Assembly: GCA_002011035.2 (NCBI GenBank)
Contig: MTLY02000003.1
Coordinates: forward strand, 288,001 to 352,000
DNA length: 64,000 nt
Direction: 5' to 3'
Source of the DNA: Candidatus Hecatella orcuttiae
GTDB lineage: Archaea; Thermoproteota; Bathyarchaeia; Hecatellales; Hecatellaceae
Made by a program: the position numbers and the translations under genes. The notes under the pieces were generated by a model. The model saw nothing but the letters and a program-made list of their open reading frames with translations, was not told the origin of the DNA and did no database searches. Below, piece after piece: positions 36,718-47,093 of this stretch; within the stretch, counting starts at the first letter, position 1; each line of letters starts with the position of its first letter.

Positions 36718-37872
36718 ATGCGAATCCTCCTAGTGTCCCAGTATTATTTGCCCTACGTCAGCGGCATAACCACCTACATCGAACGCTTGGCAAGAGGCCT
36801 CTCCCAACGCGGCCACAGGTTGACTCTGGTCACGTCCCAGCACACTAAGGGGCTGCGGAGGCTTGAGACTGGAAACAGCCTCACCGTGCACAGGGTTCCA
36901 GTGCTGTTCAAGTTTCAGAGAGGAGCCTTTGCCCCTCGGCTCCTCTGGGAGGCTCTCAAACACATGCGGTCCAGCGACGCTGTCAACCTGCATGTTCCCC
37001 TCTTTGAAAGCGGCCTTCTGGGGGTGATGGCTAAACTCTGCGGTAAGAGGCTGTACCTCACCTACCACTCAGACCTAGCCCGAGGGAAAGGCCCCCTCTT
37101 CTGGGTGGTGGAGAAGCTCTACTACCTATCCCTCAAGCTGGCTTGCTTTCTCAGCGACGGCATCGTCGTGAACTCCCTAGGACATATGAAAACTTCGAAG
37201 GTCAAGAATTATGCGCGAAAGTGTGTTCAGATCACACCACCTGTGGACGTGGAGCGGTTCAGGAGAATAGCCGACACCGAGGATTTTCGGAAGAAAAACG
37301 GAATAGAACCCGGGGAAAAAATAATCGGAAACCTAGGAAGGTTCGCCCCTGAAAAAGGCCTAGAGTACCTGATAAAGGCTCTACCCCTAATCCTGCGGGA
37401 AATCCCCGAAGCGAAGGTCGTCCTAGCCGGCATCGGGGAGAAGATGGTCGGCGGGGAAAAAGAATCCGTGAAACCCCAGCTGGAGGCTCTCATCGAAAAC
37501 CTGGGAATGGCCGGCCGCGTGAAATTCTTAGGCTTTCTGGACCACGAATCCCTGCTAAAGTTTTACTCCACCTGCGATGTCTTCGTTTTCCCCAGCATCT
37601 CCGTGGACACCTTCGGCTTGGTGCAAGCGGAAGCCTTACTCTGCGGAACCCCGGTGGTGGCCACCGACCTGCCGGGGCCTAGGGACGCCGTGGCCTTGAC
37701 TGGAGGCGGCCTCCTTGCCAAGCCCGGAGACGAGGTTTCCCTAGCCCAAGCCGTCGTAGCCGTCCTCAAACACCCGGCTAAGTTTACTGTCTCCAGAAAC
37801 CGGCTTCTGGAATTCTTCGGTGTGGAAAAGACAGCGGCCGAATATGAGAAGCTCTTCCAAAAACTAGCCTAG
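36718..37872 (+). CDS. Glycosyltransferase family 4
   Basis: GRFAPEKG, FVFPS..DTFGLVQAEALLCGTPVV. Confidence 0.9.
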   Translation: MRILLVSQYYLPYVSGITTYIERLARGLSQRGHRLTLVTSQHTKGLRRLETGNSLTVHRVPVLFKFQRGAFAPRLLWEALKHMRSSDAVNLHVPLFESGLLGVMAKLCGKRLYLTYHSDLARGKGPLFWVVEKLYYLSLKLACFLSDGIVVNSLGHMKTSKVKNYARKCVQITPPVDVERFRRIADTEDFRKKNGIEPGEKIIGNLGRFAPEKGLEYLIKALPLILREIPEAKVVLAGIGEKMVGGEKESVKPQLEALIENLGMAGRVKFLGFLDHESLLKFYSTCDVFVFPSISVDTFGLVQAEALLCGTPVVATDLPGPRDAVALTGGGLLAKPGDEVSLAQAVVAVLKHPAKFTVSRNRLLEFFGVEKTAAEYEKLFQKLA

Positions 37873-38730
37873 GGGAAGGTAGAGAGACAGAATCGTGACT
37901 ATGAGCCATGCGAAAAGCCCGGCTGCCAGCAGTTTGTCTTTGAAGGCTTTCTCAGGCCTCCGCGCCATAGGATGGCCTTGGAGGGCGAAGTGGTTGAAGC
38001 GGAGGATCAGGAAGATCACGATGGGAAAGGTGGCTATCATCAAGAAGCTTCGGTCGAAGACGGTGGAGGTGTAGATTCCGTAAGCAACTATCAGCACCGA
38101 GGAAATGACCGTCAGATTACCCTTGAGTAGGTCGGGTGTGTAGTGGCTGAGAGCGGAATTCTGCGCACGAATTCCGTTCCCCAGCAGCAAGACTTCCCCC
38201 AGCCTCTTACAGATGGTTAAATACACAGCGAGAAGAAAAGCCGTCAGAATCAACCAAGGAGAAAGGACGGCTCCGATAAGGAAGGCTCCAGCCACAGCCC
38301 GCCAAACGTAGTTGGAAGATAACGTCATCAAATCCACGAAAGCCAGCCGTTTGAGAAAGAAAGAGTAAAGCTGAGAGGTCAGGAAGATCATCAAGGCGGA
38401 AACCCCGAACAGGACGTTCAGCCAAAAAGCCGGCAGCATGGCCAACGCCAAAACGGCACCCAAGACCATGGCTGCTGGTTTACCGACCTTGCCTGAGGGA
38501 AGCGGTCTCCTCCGTTTTTCCGGGTGTTGAAGGTCCCTAGAATAGTCGACGAGGTCGTTTATCACGTAGTTAGCGCTGGAGATAAGGCAGAGCAAGAGGA
38601 AGCCGGTCAGCAACGGCGGGTAAAACTGAATGTTCCCCAGCTGCCTAGCGAAGATTATGGCTACAAATATCAGGAGGTTTTTATACCACTGCCAAGGCCT
38701 CATCAGCTCCAAGAGGGATGCAAGCGACAT
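37864..38730 (-). CDS. UbiA-family polyprenyl-phosphate phosphoribosyltransferase-like protein
   Basis: MRPWQWYKN, YVINDLVD..D..HPEKRRRPLPSG, KRLGE. Confidence 0.85.
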   Translation of the reverse strand: MSLASLLELMRPWQWYKNLLIFVAIIFARQLGNIQFYPPLLTGFLLLCLISSANYVINDLVDYSRDLQHPEKRRRPLPSGKVGKPAAMVLGAVLALAMLPAFWLNVLFGVSALMIFLTSQLYSFFLKRLAFVDLMTLSSNYVWRAVAGAFLIGAVLSPWLILTAFLLAVYLTICKRLGEVLLLGNGIRAQNSALSHYTPDLLKGNLTVISSVLIVAYGIYTSTVFDRSFLMIATFPIVIFLILRFNHFALQGHPMARRPEKAFKDKLLAAGLFAWLIVTILSLYLPLG

Positions 38731-38809
38731 TGCGCAGGAACCCCTTCCAGTGGAAGGTCGCCGGGGAACAGCGAGCGGGAGATGTTCACAGTATTGTCCT
38801 TCACCCACA

Positions 38810-39874
38810 TTAATGCTTATTCCCAGCCGAGGCAGGGAGACGGCTGGATTTAAGCTTCAAAAACAGGGTTGAAGACAGGTGAAAGGTTTTAGTTAAAACG
38901 GTGTAGGCTCCGAAACCAGCCATCACTACCATGCTTTGAACGAGGAACGTGAAATACCTATCCATGAGAAGGCCGAAGCCCAGCAGGTCGTTTTTGGTAA
39001 GCAGGAAAGTAGCGGCAAACCAAGACAGAACCAGCAACCTAGGCCTAGCCTCCAAAGGGGAGGCCAGCGTGAAAAACAATCCCATGAAGAAGAAGGGAAC
39101 CACCACGTAGCCGGCTCTGAAAAACAGAGCCAAGTCCACCGGTGAACCTGGGGAAAGCCCCACCAGCCCCACAAACTGGAAAAGCCTCATGAGAAAGGGA
39201 ACCCCCACCAAGTGGATGAGCCACAGAGCAAACGCCCCTATAGACGTCAGCAGAGCCAAAAGCGCGGTTAAAAGCCCGCCTTTATCCCTGCGGACAGCTT
39301 GAGCTACCGAGTAGAAGAGTAGGGTCAACACAAGGACGGAGAAAGCCAGTTGATGGGTGAGGGCTGTGGCTATGGCGGCCGCCGCGGCCATAAGCCGGTA
39401 GTTCGCGTTGATGAGGTACAGCATCACCAAAACCAGCGGCAGGCTGAGAAGCTCAGGGAAAGCCCTCGCAGTATAGATGGTCAACTCAGGGGAAACCACG
39501 AAAAAGAAAGCTGCGCAGAGCCCAGCATAGGGGCTGTCGAACACTCTCCTCGCCAAAGCATAGGTAGCCGCCACCGTGAATGAGGCTGTGAGGACTGTTA
39601 CCAGAGCCGAAAGGGTCATGGGGTCTATCTGGGTGGCCACGCTGAGGGAAGCCACGTAAATCCGGTAGAGGGGAACGTAGAGCCCTCTGAAGCCGCCTCC
39701 GTAGGACAGTTCCTCAAGAGGGTAGACGCCTGAGTCCACCGTCGCCCTGATGATGCCCATGTGGTACATGGTGTTGCCGTACATGGGGATCACAGGCCCG
39801 CTGAAAACCCTCAGCCTATACCACGCAGCCGCAGCCGCCAAGGCTAAGAGGAGCAGAGGTCTGAGGGCTTTCAT
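38810..39874 (-). CDS. Polytopic membrane protein, GT-C-like
   Basis: About 10 TM; GNTMYH early loop, YVPLY, ALTH, MDRY. Confidence 0.65.
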   Translation of the reverse strand: MKALRPLLLLALAAAAAWYRLRVFSGPVIPMYGNTMYHMGIIRATVDSGVYPLEELSYGGGFRGLYVPLYRIYVASLSVATQIDPMTLSALVTVLTASFTVAATYALARRVFDSPYAGLCAAFFFVVSPELTIYTARAFPELLSLPLVLVMLYLINANYRLMAAAAAIATALTHQLAFSVLVLTLLFYSVAQAVRRDKGGLLTALLALLTSIGAFALWLIHLVGVPFLMRLFQFVGLVGLSPGSPVDLALFFRAGYVVVPFFFMGLFFTLASPLEARPRLLVLSWFAATFLLTKNDLLGFGLLMDRYFTFLVQSMVVMAGFGAYTVLTKTFHLSSTLFLKLKSSRLPASAGNKH

Positions 39875-40395
39875 GGGGCTACCGGCCTCACCCTGTATAT
39901 TCGAACCTCCGGATTCTCATACACGAGGACAAAATACTGGGAGTCGTCGAACTTCTCAACCTGAGGATAGATCCACCCCAAACCGGAGTGCACAGACCTT
40001 TTCAGAGGAACATAAACGTAGTCAGCCCCATGCTCCACCGCCAGCTCGTAGGCTTCGGCGGCGGAGTCTGTCCGGTAAATTCGATGCACAGCCAGCATCT
40101 TCTCCACGGGGTCCGGAGCGTTAGCCCAGTCTCCTCCAACCAAAGGTATCCGGGTGGTCATGCCCATGATGAGCTCCCCTCCGAAGATGCCGGCTACAAA
40201 CCTTGCATCCTCTTCAGTGTTCCCCCTGATCCACCGGGTTGCCTCCAGTTCGCCCTCGGTAACCACCGGGTCAAGCCAAGGGTCTGCTTCCTCTACCACT
40301 TGGCTTATTCCCACGTAGGAGAGAGCTGAGAAAAGGGCGACTACCGCGGCCAGTTTCAACATCAGCCCCGCAGTCATCCTCGACCCTTCACCCAT
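39871..40395 (-). CDS. Membrane-anchored protein resembling a GT-C/STT3 C-terminal extracellular domain
   Basis: N-terminal TM; ELEATRWIRGNT, GADYVYV, LVYENPEVRIYRV. Confidence 0.65.
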   Translation of the reverse strand: MGEGSRMTAGLMLKLAAVVALFSALSYVGISQVVEEADPWLDPVVTEGELEATRWIRGNTEEDARFVAGIFGGELIMGMTTRIPLVGGDWANAPDPVEKMLAVHRIYRTDSAAEAYELAVEHGADYVYVPLKRSVHSGLGWIYPQVEKFDDSQYFVLVYENPEVRIYRVRPVAP

Positions 40396-40511
40396 GGCTC
40401 TTCACTGTGGGTTAAGCGAAAGTTTGTAGTCTAAAAATATTAAATATTTAATCTATAGCCTGAGAAACCTATTAGGCTTGAAGCCGACTTTGGCCGGTGG
40501 GGGGTTTTCTT

Positions 40512-40811
40512 ATGGCTTTGGAAATAGGCTTCGGGGAGGGAGCTGTCTTCCTCCTAGCATTTCTGTACATGCTCTTCCTTCCCGGCTACAACCTCCTCAG
40601 AAGCACCGGCAGACTGAAGAAGCTGGAGTTGGAGGAGAAAATCCTACTAAGCTTCAGCCTCAGCGTTGTCATGGTGGGGTTAACCGCCTTGATCCTCAGT
40701 CGGGTGGAGGCTTGGGGGCTGACTGTTCAAAATCTCCTGATAGCGGTAACAGCCGTGCTGGTAGCTACGACAAAAGAGTTCCTGAATTTTCTGAGAAAAC
40801 CTTTTTCTTAA
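40512..40811 (+). CDS. Small membrane protein (DUF1616-like)
   Basis: LFLPGY..EKILLSFSLS; 3 TM. Confidence 0.65.
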   Translation: MALEIGFGEGAVFLLAFLYMLFLPGYNLLRSTGRLKKLELEEKILLSFSLSVVMVGLTALILSRVEAWGLTVQNLLIAVTAVLVATTKEFLNFLRKPFS

Positions 40812-40947
40812 ACACTCGCTTGCCGGCAGAGAAGCTGAAGACCTCAAATCTGACTTCCTTGGCCTCCTCAGGGACATGGCAGAGTGAAAACTTAAATGTG
40901 GGAGGCCTCAATAATTTATTCGATAAATATTCCAGCGTATCCTGGCT

Positions 40948-41736
40948 ATGGAACTCTCGATAACCTTGATGGCAGTTCCAAGGCTTAGAAAGTCCCATGC
41001 CAAACTGGCGCGGGAGCTGGAAAGGCTTCCCTGCGACTCCGTTTTCCTGAACTTTTCCAGAGGCCTAGAGGAATATGTGAGAGAACTGGCAGAGGGTCTG
41101 CCCTACGAGTATGTGTTGGCTGAGATCAAAAAATCCAAACTGGTGCAGGAGCCGTCCGGCGGCTGGGAGTACTACGCGGAGCCAATTTTGAGAAATCTTA
41201 AACATCTGCGGCGCATGAAGCCCGAGCTCGCCTTCCACTGTTACGAGAGCCCCTCCTACGACTACCTAGCCGCCAAAAGCGCTGAGAAAACAGCCCTCAT
41301 GACCTTGAGGACGGCGGCTACCGGCAAGGTTGACGCTGCCGCTTGGAGAAGCCATCTGGAGGATGAAATAAGACTGAGGGAGGAAGCCGTTGAGGAGGAG
41401 GCGGAATTCATCGCCAGCATGGCTTCAAAATACGAAAAGCCCGCCTGCGTCACAGGTCTGCCGGGCCGCGGCTTGAGGGATGAGCTGGCGGAAAGAAACG
41501 TGGAAGTTAAGCAGAAGTTTCTAGACCTCCCTTATTTCTACACGCCTTTGGAGATGTTGAAAAACGAGTTAACGAGGTCTCATGTTTCCGATGAGAAAAT
41601 CGTCCAACTGGTCAGGGAGCATGTCGACTACGTGAGAAAACACGTGATACCAAGCAAAAGCCTAGACGAAGCCTACCAGCAGTGGGTAGGAAGCAAAAAC
41701 AGCCAAGCCCGCTCCCTCTTCCACTTCGGCAAATAA
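40948..41736 (+). CDS. Hypothetical protein
   Basis: 262-aa ORF with host-like composition. Confidence 0.7.
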   Translation: MELSITLMAVPRLRKSHAKLARELERLPCDSVFLNFSRGLEEYVRELAEGLPYEYVLAEIKKSKLVQEPSGGWEYYAEPILRNLKHLRRMKPELAFHCYESPSYDYLAAKSAEKTALMTLRTAATGKVDAAAWRSHLEDEIRLREEAVEEEAEFIASMASKYEKPACVTGLPGRGLRDELAERNVEVKQKFLDLPYFYTPLEMLKNELTRSHVSDEKIVQLVREHVDYVRKHVIPSKSLDEAYQQWVGSKNSQARSLFHFGK

Positions 41737-41781
41737 TCTTTAACCGAACTGCGAATCGCCCCGAAAAAGGCCTTTTTCGGT

Positions 41782-42174
41782 CTAGCCCAGCTTTTCCCTG
41801 AGCAGTTCAGCTAGGGTTTTGGCTTCACCGTGCTTTTTGAACACCAGCCGAGTCTTGGGTCTGAGGGGCATGCGGAGGAGGTTGAAAATCTGCATTATCA
41901 TCCCCGCGGTTACAGGGCCTCGGAGCCGACCGTTTTTTATCTGCAAAGCCAGGTTTTCAACCACCTCTTCTGTGATGTCTGGATATTGCTGGTAAGCCGT
42001 CTCTAAGAGTTCTCTTCCCCGCCCCGTCAGCCTCCCCATGACGATCTGAAGGGGGGTGGGCTCCACGGTCTCTTTCGGGGGAGAAGGCTTCTCCTCCGAG
42101 GCTTCGACCTTCGCTCTCAGCTCTTTCAGCTTTCTGAGCTTCAGCCGCTCCAGTTCAGCGTCTGCTTCAGCCAT
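41782..42174 (-). CDS. PDCD5/TFAR19-like DNA-binding protein (divergent)
   Basis: DAELERLKLRKLKEL, LTGRGRELL, YP..VENL. Confidence 0.55.
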   Translation of the reverse strand: MAEADAELERLKLRKLKELRAKVEASEEKPSPPKETVEPTPLQIVMGRLTGRGRELLETAYQQYPDITEEVVENLALQIKNGRLRGPVTAGMIMQIFNLLRMPLRPKTRLVFKKHGEAKTLAELLREKLG

Positions 42175-42299
42175 GGCTTTCTCAAACTTCTGTTGGTCTT
42201 CAACTGGATGATAAACTTATGGGTTGTAGCCGTGGAAGATGGACATGTTTTTATTGCTGAGCTTTGAGGCATAGGTTATAGGCTTTTCAGGGGTCTGGG

Positions 42300-42740
42300 T
42301 TGAAGCAGAGCAGGAAAGGCTTTGAGTTCTTGGAGCATGCCAGCGACATCTACGTAGCCGCCTACGGGGAAACCTTGGAGGAGGCTTTTGAAAACGCTGC
42401 CAAGGCCATGTTCGAAGCTATGACAGAGTTGCAGCTTGTAGAGCCTAAAATGGAGGTTGAAGTCTCCGCGGAGGGAGGAGACCCGCAGGAGCTTCTCTAC
42501 AACTGGCTGGAAGCCTTGCTGGTTAAATACGAGGTAGAAGGTTTGCTCTTCTCCCGGTTTAAAGTAGACAAGATAGTCGAGAGAGAAGACGCTCTGAGGC
42601 TGAGGGCTTCTGCCTTCGGTGAACCTCTAGACCTCGGGAGGCATCCCTCTAAAGTGGAGATTAAAGCTGTAACCTACCATATGATGGAGGTCAAAAAGGA
42701 AGACGGCTGGGTGGAGCTCAGGGTTCTTTTCGACATATAA
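42300..42740 (+). CDS. Archease
   Basis: FEFLEHASD, EIKAVTYH, VLFDI; upstream of rtcB. Confidence 0.95.
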   Translation: MKQSRKGFEFLEHASDIYVAAYGETLEEAFENAAKAMFEAMTELQLVEPKMEVEVSAEGGDPQELLYNWLEALLVKYEVEGLLFSRFKVDKIVEREDALRLRASAFGEPLDLGRHPSKVEIKAVTYHMMEVKKEDGWVELRVLFDI

Positions 42741-42855
42741 ACAATTAAGCTTAAGTTACTCCGGTGAGTCCTTATGGTAGAGCTGTTAACAGCCTGGACG
42801 CTGACGGCGTGAGAAAGCAGACGGATTGATTCAGAGGCTTTTGGGAGGAGTGAAA

Positions 42856-44307
42856 ATGGCGGAGATTCCAATCCGCAAGATCGGAGAGTACGTTTGGGAA
42901 ATACCCAAGTATAGGCCTGAAATGAGAGTTTCCGGAATCGTTTACGCAGACAGCTTCCTCTTAGAAAAAATGAAAACCGACAGAACTCTTCTCCAATGCG
43001 CCAATGTGGCTACGTTGCCTGGGATTTACAAGTACGCCATAACCATGCCCGACGGCCATGAAGGCTACGGCTTCCCCATAGGAGGGGTGGCGGCCGCTGA
43101 CTACGAGGAAGGTGTCATCAGCCCCGGAGGCGTCGGATACGACATCAACTGCGGAGTACGTCTTCTGAAGACCAACTTGACGGAGAAAGAGCTGAGGCCT
43201 AAACTTCCCCAGCTTCTTGAACTGATCTTCAGGAAAGTTCCCTCAGGCTTGGGAAGCAAGGGCAAAATCAGACTTTCAACCCATGAGCTTGATGAAGTTG
43301 CCAGAGAAGGCATCGAGTGGGCTGTGGAAAAAGGCTACGGATGGGAGGACGACCTGAAACGCTGCGAAGAAAGCGGACGCATGCCAGGGGCAGACCCCTC
43401 TAAGGTCTCCAACACCGCCAAAAGTCGCGGAGCCCCAGAACTGGGGACGCTGGGCAGCGGAAACCACTTCCTCGAAATTCAGCGCATCGACAGGGTTTTC
43501 AACCCTGAGGCTGCGAAGACTTTAGGCCTCCAAGATGAAGGCTGGGTCACCGTCATGATCCACACGGGCTCCAGGGGCTTCGGTCACCAAGTGTGCTCCG
43601 ACTACCTCCGCATCATGGACAGGGCTGTCCGAAAATACGGCATCCAGCTGCCGGATCGGGAGCTAGCTTGCACCCCTGGGCAGAGCCCTGAGGCTGAAGA
43701 CTACTTCAAGGCTATGGCCTCCGCGGTGAACTACGCCTTCACCAACCGCCAATGCATAACTCACTGGGTTCGCCAAGCTTTTGAGGAGGCTTTCGGCCGG
43801 TCTGCGGAGGAGTTAGGCTTAGAAGTCATCTACGATGTAGCCCACAACATCTGCAAGAAAGAGGAACACATGGTGGAGGAAGGAAAGGTGCGGACTGTGT
43901 GGGTTCATAGGAAAGGCGCCACCCGGGCTTTTCCACCAGACCACCCGGCTCTACCCGCCGGATATAGGGCGATGGGTCAGCCTGTCCTCATCGCGGGGAC
44001 TATGGGAACCAGTTCCTGGCTGCTTCTGGGAACCAAGAAGGCTATGGAGCTGAGCTTCGGCTCCACTGCCCACGGAGCCGGGAGGTTCATGAGCAGGTCT
44101 GCGGCTACCCGAAAGTTTGGAGGCCCGCAGGTGAAGGAAGCCTTGGAAAGGCGAAGCATCCTCATCCGAGCGGCCAGCATGAGGGTGATAGCGGAGGAGG
44201 CTCCTGAAGCCTACAAGGACGTGGACAGGGTGGCTGAAGTTTCCCATCAGCTGGGAATAGCCACTAAGGTTGTGAGGCTGACGCCCTTAGGCGTCGTGAA
44301 GGGCTGA
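42856..44307 (+). CDS. rtcB: tRNA-splicing ligase RtcB
   Basis: MPDGHEGYGFPIG, GYDINCG, GSGNHFLE, HRKGAT, HGAGR, EEAPEAYK. Confidence 0.97.
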   Translation: MAEIPIRKIGEYVWEIPKYRPEMRVSGIVYADSFLLEKMKTDRTLLQCANVATLPGIYKYAITMPDGHEGYGFPIGGVAAADYEEGVISPGGVGYDINCGVRLLKTNLTEKELRPKLPQLLELIFRKVPSGLGSKGKIRLSTHELDEVAREGIEWAVEKGYGWEDDLKRCEESGRMPGADPSKVSNTAKSRGAPELGTLGSGNHFLEIQRIDRVFNPEAAKTLGLQDEGWVTVMIHTGSRGFGHQVCSDYLRIMDRAVRKYGIQLPDRELACTPGQSPEAEDYFKAMASAVNYAFTNRQCITHWVRQAFEEAFGRSAEELGLEVIYDVAHNICKKEEHMVEEGKVRTVWVHRKGATRAFPPDHPALPAGYRAMGQPVLIAGTMGTSSWLLLGTKKAMELSFGSTAHGAGRFMSRSAATRKFGGPQVKEALERRSILIRAASMRVIAEEAPEAYKDVDRVAEVSHQLGIATKVVRLTPLGVVKG

Positions 44308-44382
44308 GGCTTCCAACCCGCGCTACCGTTTCTTTTCCTCAACTAAGACATTTTTCACTTAAATGACGGAGAAGGAGGAAGA

Positions 44383-45738
44383 ATGCCGAAAGGCGGGTGC
44401 AAACCGTTCTCCCTCCTCATTTTGACAGTCCTTTCCACTGCTTTTTTGGCGAATATGCCAAACTTCGGGGAGTTGAATGGGGCTCCGCCCTTAACCGACG
44501 TGGAATATCGACAGAAGGTGGAGGAGTTGTTGAAGGCGGTTCTGGGGGGAATCGAAGAAGTGAGAGGTCTATCTCCACCTGAGGAAGTTAGTTTGAGAAT
44601 CATCAGCGCAGAATGGGCTCGGGAAAACTGGGGCCGAAGATACGTGGAGGCAAACCTTGAGAAGATAAAAGTGGAGGAAAACATATACAAGGCGCTGTTT
44701 CTCCTCCCCGAAGACGCCGGCCTAGCTGAGGTTCTCGTCGAATGGTCAGGAGACTACGCTGCCGGAGTCATAGAAAACGACATTTTCGTGGTGAGGGAGA
44801 ACTTCGACCCTAAGGGAGCTTGGGCTGAGAGAACCCTCGCCCACGAAGTCACCCACATAATACAGGGTGAACACTTTGAAATTCTCGAAAAAGAGAAACA
44901 CGACGAGAAGCAGGCCTGGGCTGCTCTCATCGAAGGAGATGCTGAACTCACTGCTGGAAAGTATATGGAAAGAATCGAAAGCTTGCCAGCGTCTGAAACC
45001 GCTGTTTTGCTTCCCGCGGGCTTCCTAGCCTCCGCCTCAGCATCCAACTCCGGAGATCTTCCCTTCATGAGGATATTGCGCTTTCCCTACGACTACGGCG
45101 AAGATTTCGTGGAAACCTTGTTCGAGAGGGGAGGCTGGGAGTTGGTGAACAAAGCCTACAGCAGTCCACCTGTCACCACTGAGCAGGTGATGCATCCGGA
45201 GAAATATTTTTCAAAGGAACCTCCCGTTGAAGTTGATGGTTCCTCTCCTCCCCTGCCTCCGGAGTGGAAGCAGAAAAGAAGCGACAGGTTTGGAGAGCAC
45301 TTCATCCTGGTGGTGTTGGGTACGTGGATCCCCTTGGAGGACGCTGCGGAGGCGGCTGAGGGGTGGGGAGGAGACCGTTTCACCTACTATGAGAAAGGAG
45401 AACGCTACCTCTTCGTGTGGGAGATTTCATGGGATTCGGAGGAAGACGCTGCGGAGTTCCATGACGCTTGGAGTCGGATGATGAAAACATTGGACTCCGA
45501 GGAAATCCGAGAAGACCTCTGGGCTGTACAGCAACGCTACTTTCAACTTACGACGGAGGGCTCTACAACCCTCATCCTAAGCTCCGATGACCTGTCCGCC
45601 CTGGAGCCTTCGAAATCCTCTGGCATCCTTTCGGTTTGGCTTGTAGTGGGGGTGACGTTCATTCTAGCAACGGCCCTCGCTTGGTGGGTGAAGAGAAAAA
45701 GTAAAGCGAGAGTAAGTCAAGCTTTTCCGCTCACTTAA
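44383..45738 (+). CDS. Cell-surface zincin metalloprotease-like protein
   Basis: Signal-like N-terminus, LAHEVTHIIQ, ALIEGDA, C-terminal TM plus basic tail. Confidence 0.8.
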   Translation: MPKGGCKPFSLLILTVLSTAFLANMPNFGELNGAPPLTDVEYRQKVEELLKAVLGGIEEVRGLSPPEEVSLRIISAEWARENWGRRYVEANLEKIKVEENIYKALFLLPEDAGLAEVLVEWSGDYAAGVIENDIFVVRENFDPKGAWAERTLAHEVTHIIQGEHFEILEKEKHDEKQAWAALIEGDAELTAGKYMERIESLPASETAVLLPAGFLASASASNSGDLPFMRILRFPYDYGEDFVETLFERGGWELVNKAYSSPPVTTEQVMHPEKYFSKEPPVEVDGSSPPLPPEWKQKRSDRFGEHFILVVLGTWIPLEDAAEAAEGWGGDRFTYYEKGERYLFVWEISWDSEEDAAEFHDAWSRMMKTLDSEEIREDLWAVQQRYFQLTTEGSTTLILSSDDLSALEPSKSSGILSVWLVVGVTFILATALAWWVKRKSKARVSQAFPLT

Positions 45739-45887
45739 AATGGAAACAGGCTTTTCTTGCATTTTTCCTAAGCCGAGAGCCATAAGACTACCTTGCTCGT
45801 TTTCGCCGATAACGTTGGGGAACGCCCTTGAAAGAAAACAGATTTATTGGGGAAGGAGCATTTCTCTGATAGTTTAAGGTGAGATTT

Positions 45888-46454
45888 ATGGTTGAGGCGC
45901 TGGTGTTTTTAGCTCCAGGATTCGAGGAAATAGAAGCTTCAACGATCATCGATGTCCTCCGAAGAAGCAACGTGAAGGTAACTGTGGCAGGTTTGAAGCC
46001 GGAGGTAATCGAAGGCGCACATGGTATGAAAGTCGTCCCCGACAGCTCCATCGACGAGGTGTCTGTGAAAGACTTCGACGCGGTCATATGCCCCGGAGGA
46101 GCTCCAGGATACGAAAACTTGAGGAAAACCCCCAAAGTCCTTTCGATGGTTAAGGATGCCTTCCAATCCCGTAAGCTCGTCGCAGCCATCTGCGCAGGCC
46201 CCACCGTCCTCTCCGATGCAGGGGTCCTCAAAGGCAGGAAGTGCACGGTTTACCCTGGCTTGGAAGGGGAGCTTAAAAAAGGCGGAGGTAAACCTGTGCG
46301 GAGGGACCTAGTCGTCGTCGACGGGAACATCGTAACAAGCAAGGGCCCGGCTACAGCGCTTCCCTTCGCCTTAAAGCTGGCGGAGAAACTGGTGGGAAAA
46401 GAGACGGCTAAAAGGGTTAGGAAGGAAACGCTGGCGAACCTAGCTCTCAAGTAG
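45888..46454 (+). CDS. DJ-1/PfpI (YajL-like) protein
   Basis: GFEEIE, PGG, AAICAGP, TSKGP. Confidence 0.92.
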   Translation: MVEALVFLAPGFEEIEASTIIDVLRRSNVKVTVAGLKPEVIEGAHGMKVVPDSSIDEVSVKDFDAVICPGGAPGYENLRKTPKVLSMVKDAFQSRKLVAAICAGPTVLSDAGVLKGRKCTVYPGLEGELKKGGGKPVRRDLVVVDGNIVTSKGPATALPFALKLAEKLVGKETAKRVRKETLANLALK

Positions 46455-46487
46455 CAGGTCCCACCCTTCCCAAGGAGGCATCCTACC

Positions 46488-47042
46488 GTGGAGGTGAAGG
46501 TAGGCAAGGCTAAGCTTCGCCTTCTCCGCGGAGACATAACCGAGCAGGAAACCGACGCCATTGTGAACGCGGCGAACCCCAGCCTCATGGGAGGCGGCGG
46601 AGTAGACGGAGCCATCCACCGGAAGGGCGGACCGAAGATACTGGAAGAATGCAAGAAAATTAGAGCCTCCCAGTGGCCTGAAGGCCTCCCCACAGGAAAG
46701 GCAGTCATCACCTCCGGAGGGAACCTTAAAGCTCGGTACGTCATCCACACCGTGGGGCCAATATGGCGTGGGGGAAACAGCGGGGAACCTCGCCTTTTGG
46801 CGGAGGCTTACCGCAACTCCTTGGCACTGGCAGTTTCCCGAGGTTTGAAAACGGTGGCTTTCCCCTCCATCAGCACAGGAGCCTACGGTTACCCCATTAA
46901 GGAAGCCAGCCGGGTTGCTTTGAAGACGGTTAAAGATTTTCTGGAAAAAGAAGATAAACTGGACGAGGTGGTTTTCACCCTCTTCAGCCAGAGCGACTTG
47001 ACAATCTACGAGGAGGCCGCCAAGGAACTTTTCCGCGTCTAA
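46488..47042 (+). CDS. Macrodomain protein (O-acetyl-ADP-ribose deacetylase-like)
   Basis: GDIT, AIVNAAN, GGGGVDGAIH, FPSISTGAYG. Confidence 0.93.
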   Translation: MEVKVGKAKLRLLRGDITEQETDAIVNAANPSLMGGGGVDGAIHRKGGPKILEECKKIRASQWPEGLPTGKAVITSGGNLKARYVIHTVGPIWRGGNSGEPRLLAEAYRNSLALAVSRGLKTVAFPSISTGAYGYPIKEASRVALKTVKDFLEKEDKLDEVVFTLFSQSDLTIYEEAAKELFRV

Positions 47043-47093
47043 GCCGGCTTAAGGAAAACAAATGGTTAAGGGTGTAATGGAGGAAATCCGGTT

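Noticed and set aside
42760-42810. BHB-like motif and palindrome gctgttaacagc in the rtcB leader (possible splicing autoregulation)
   Set aside because: Only the central 4-bp helix pairs; the flanking helices do not form convincingly
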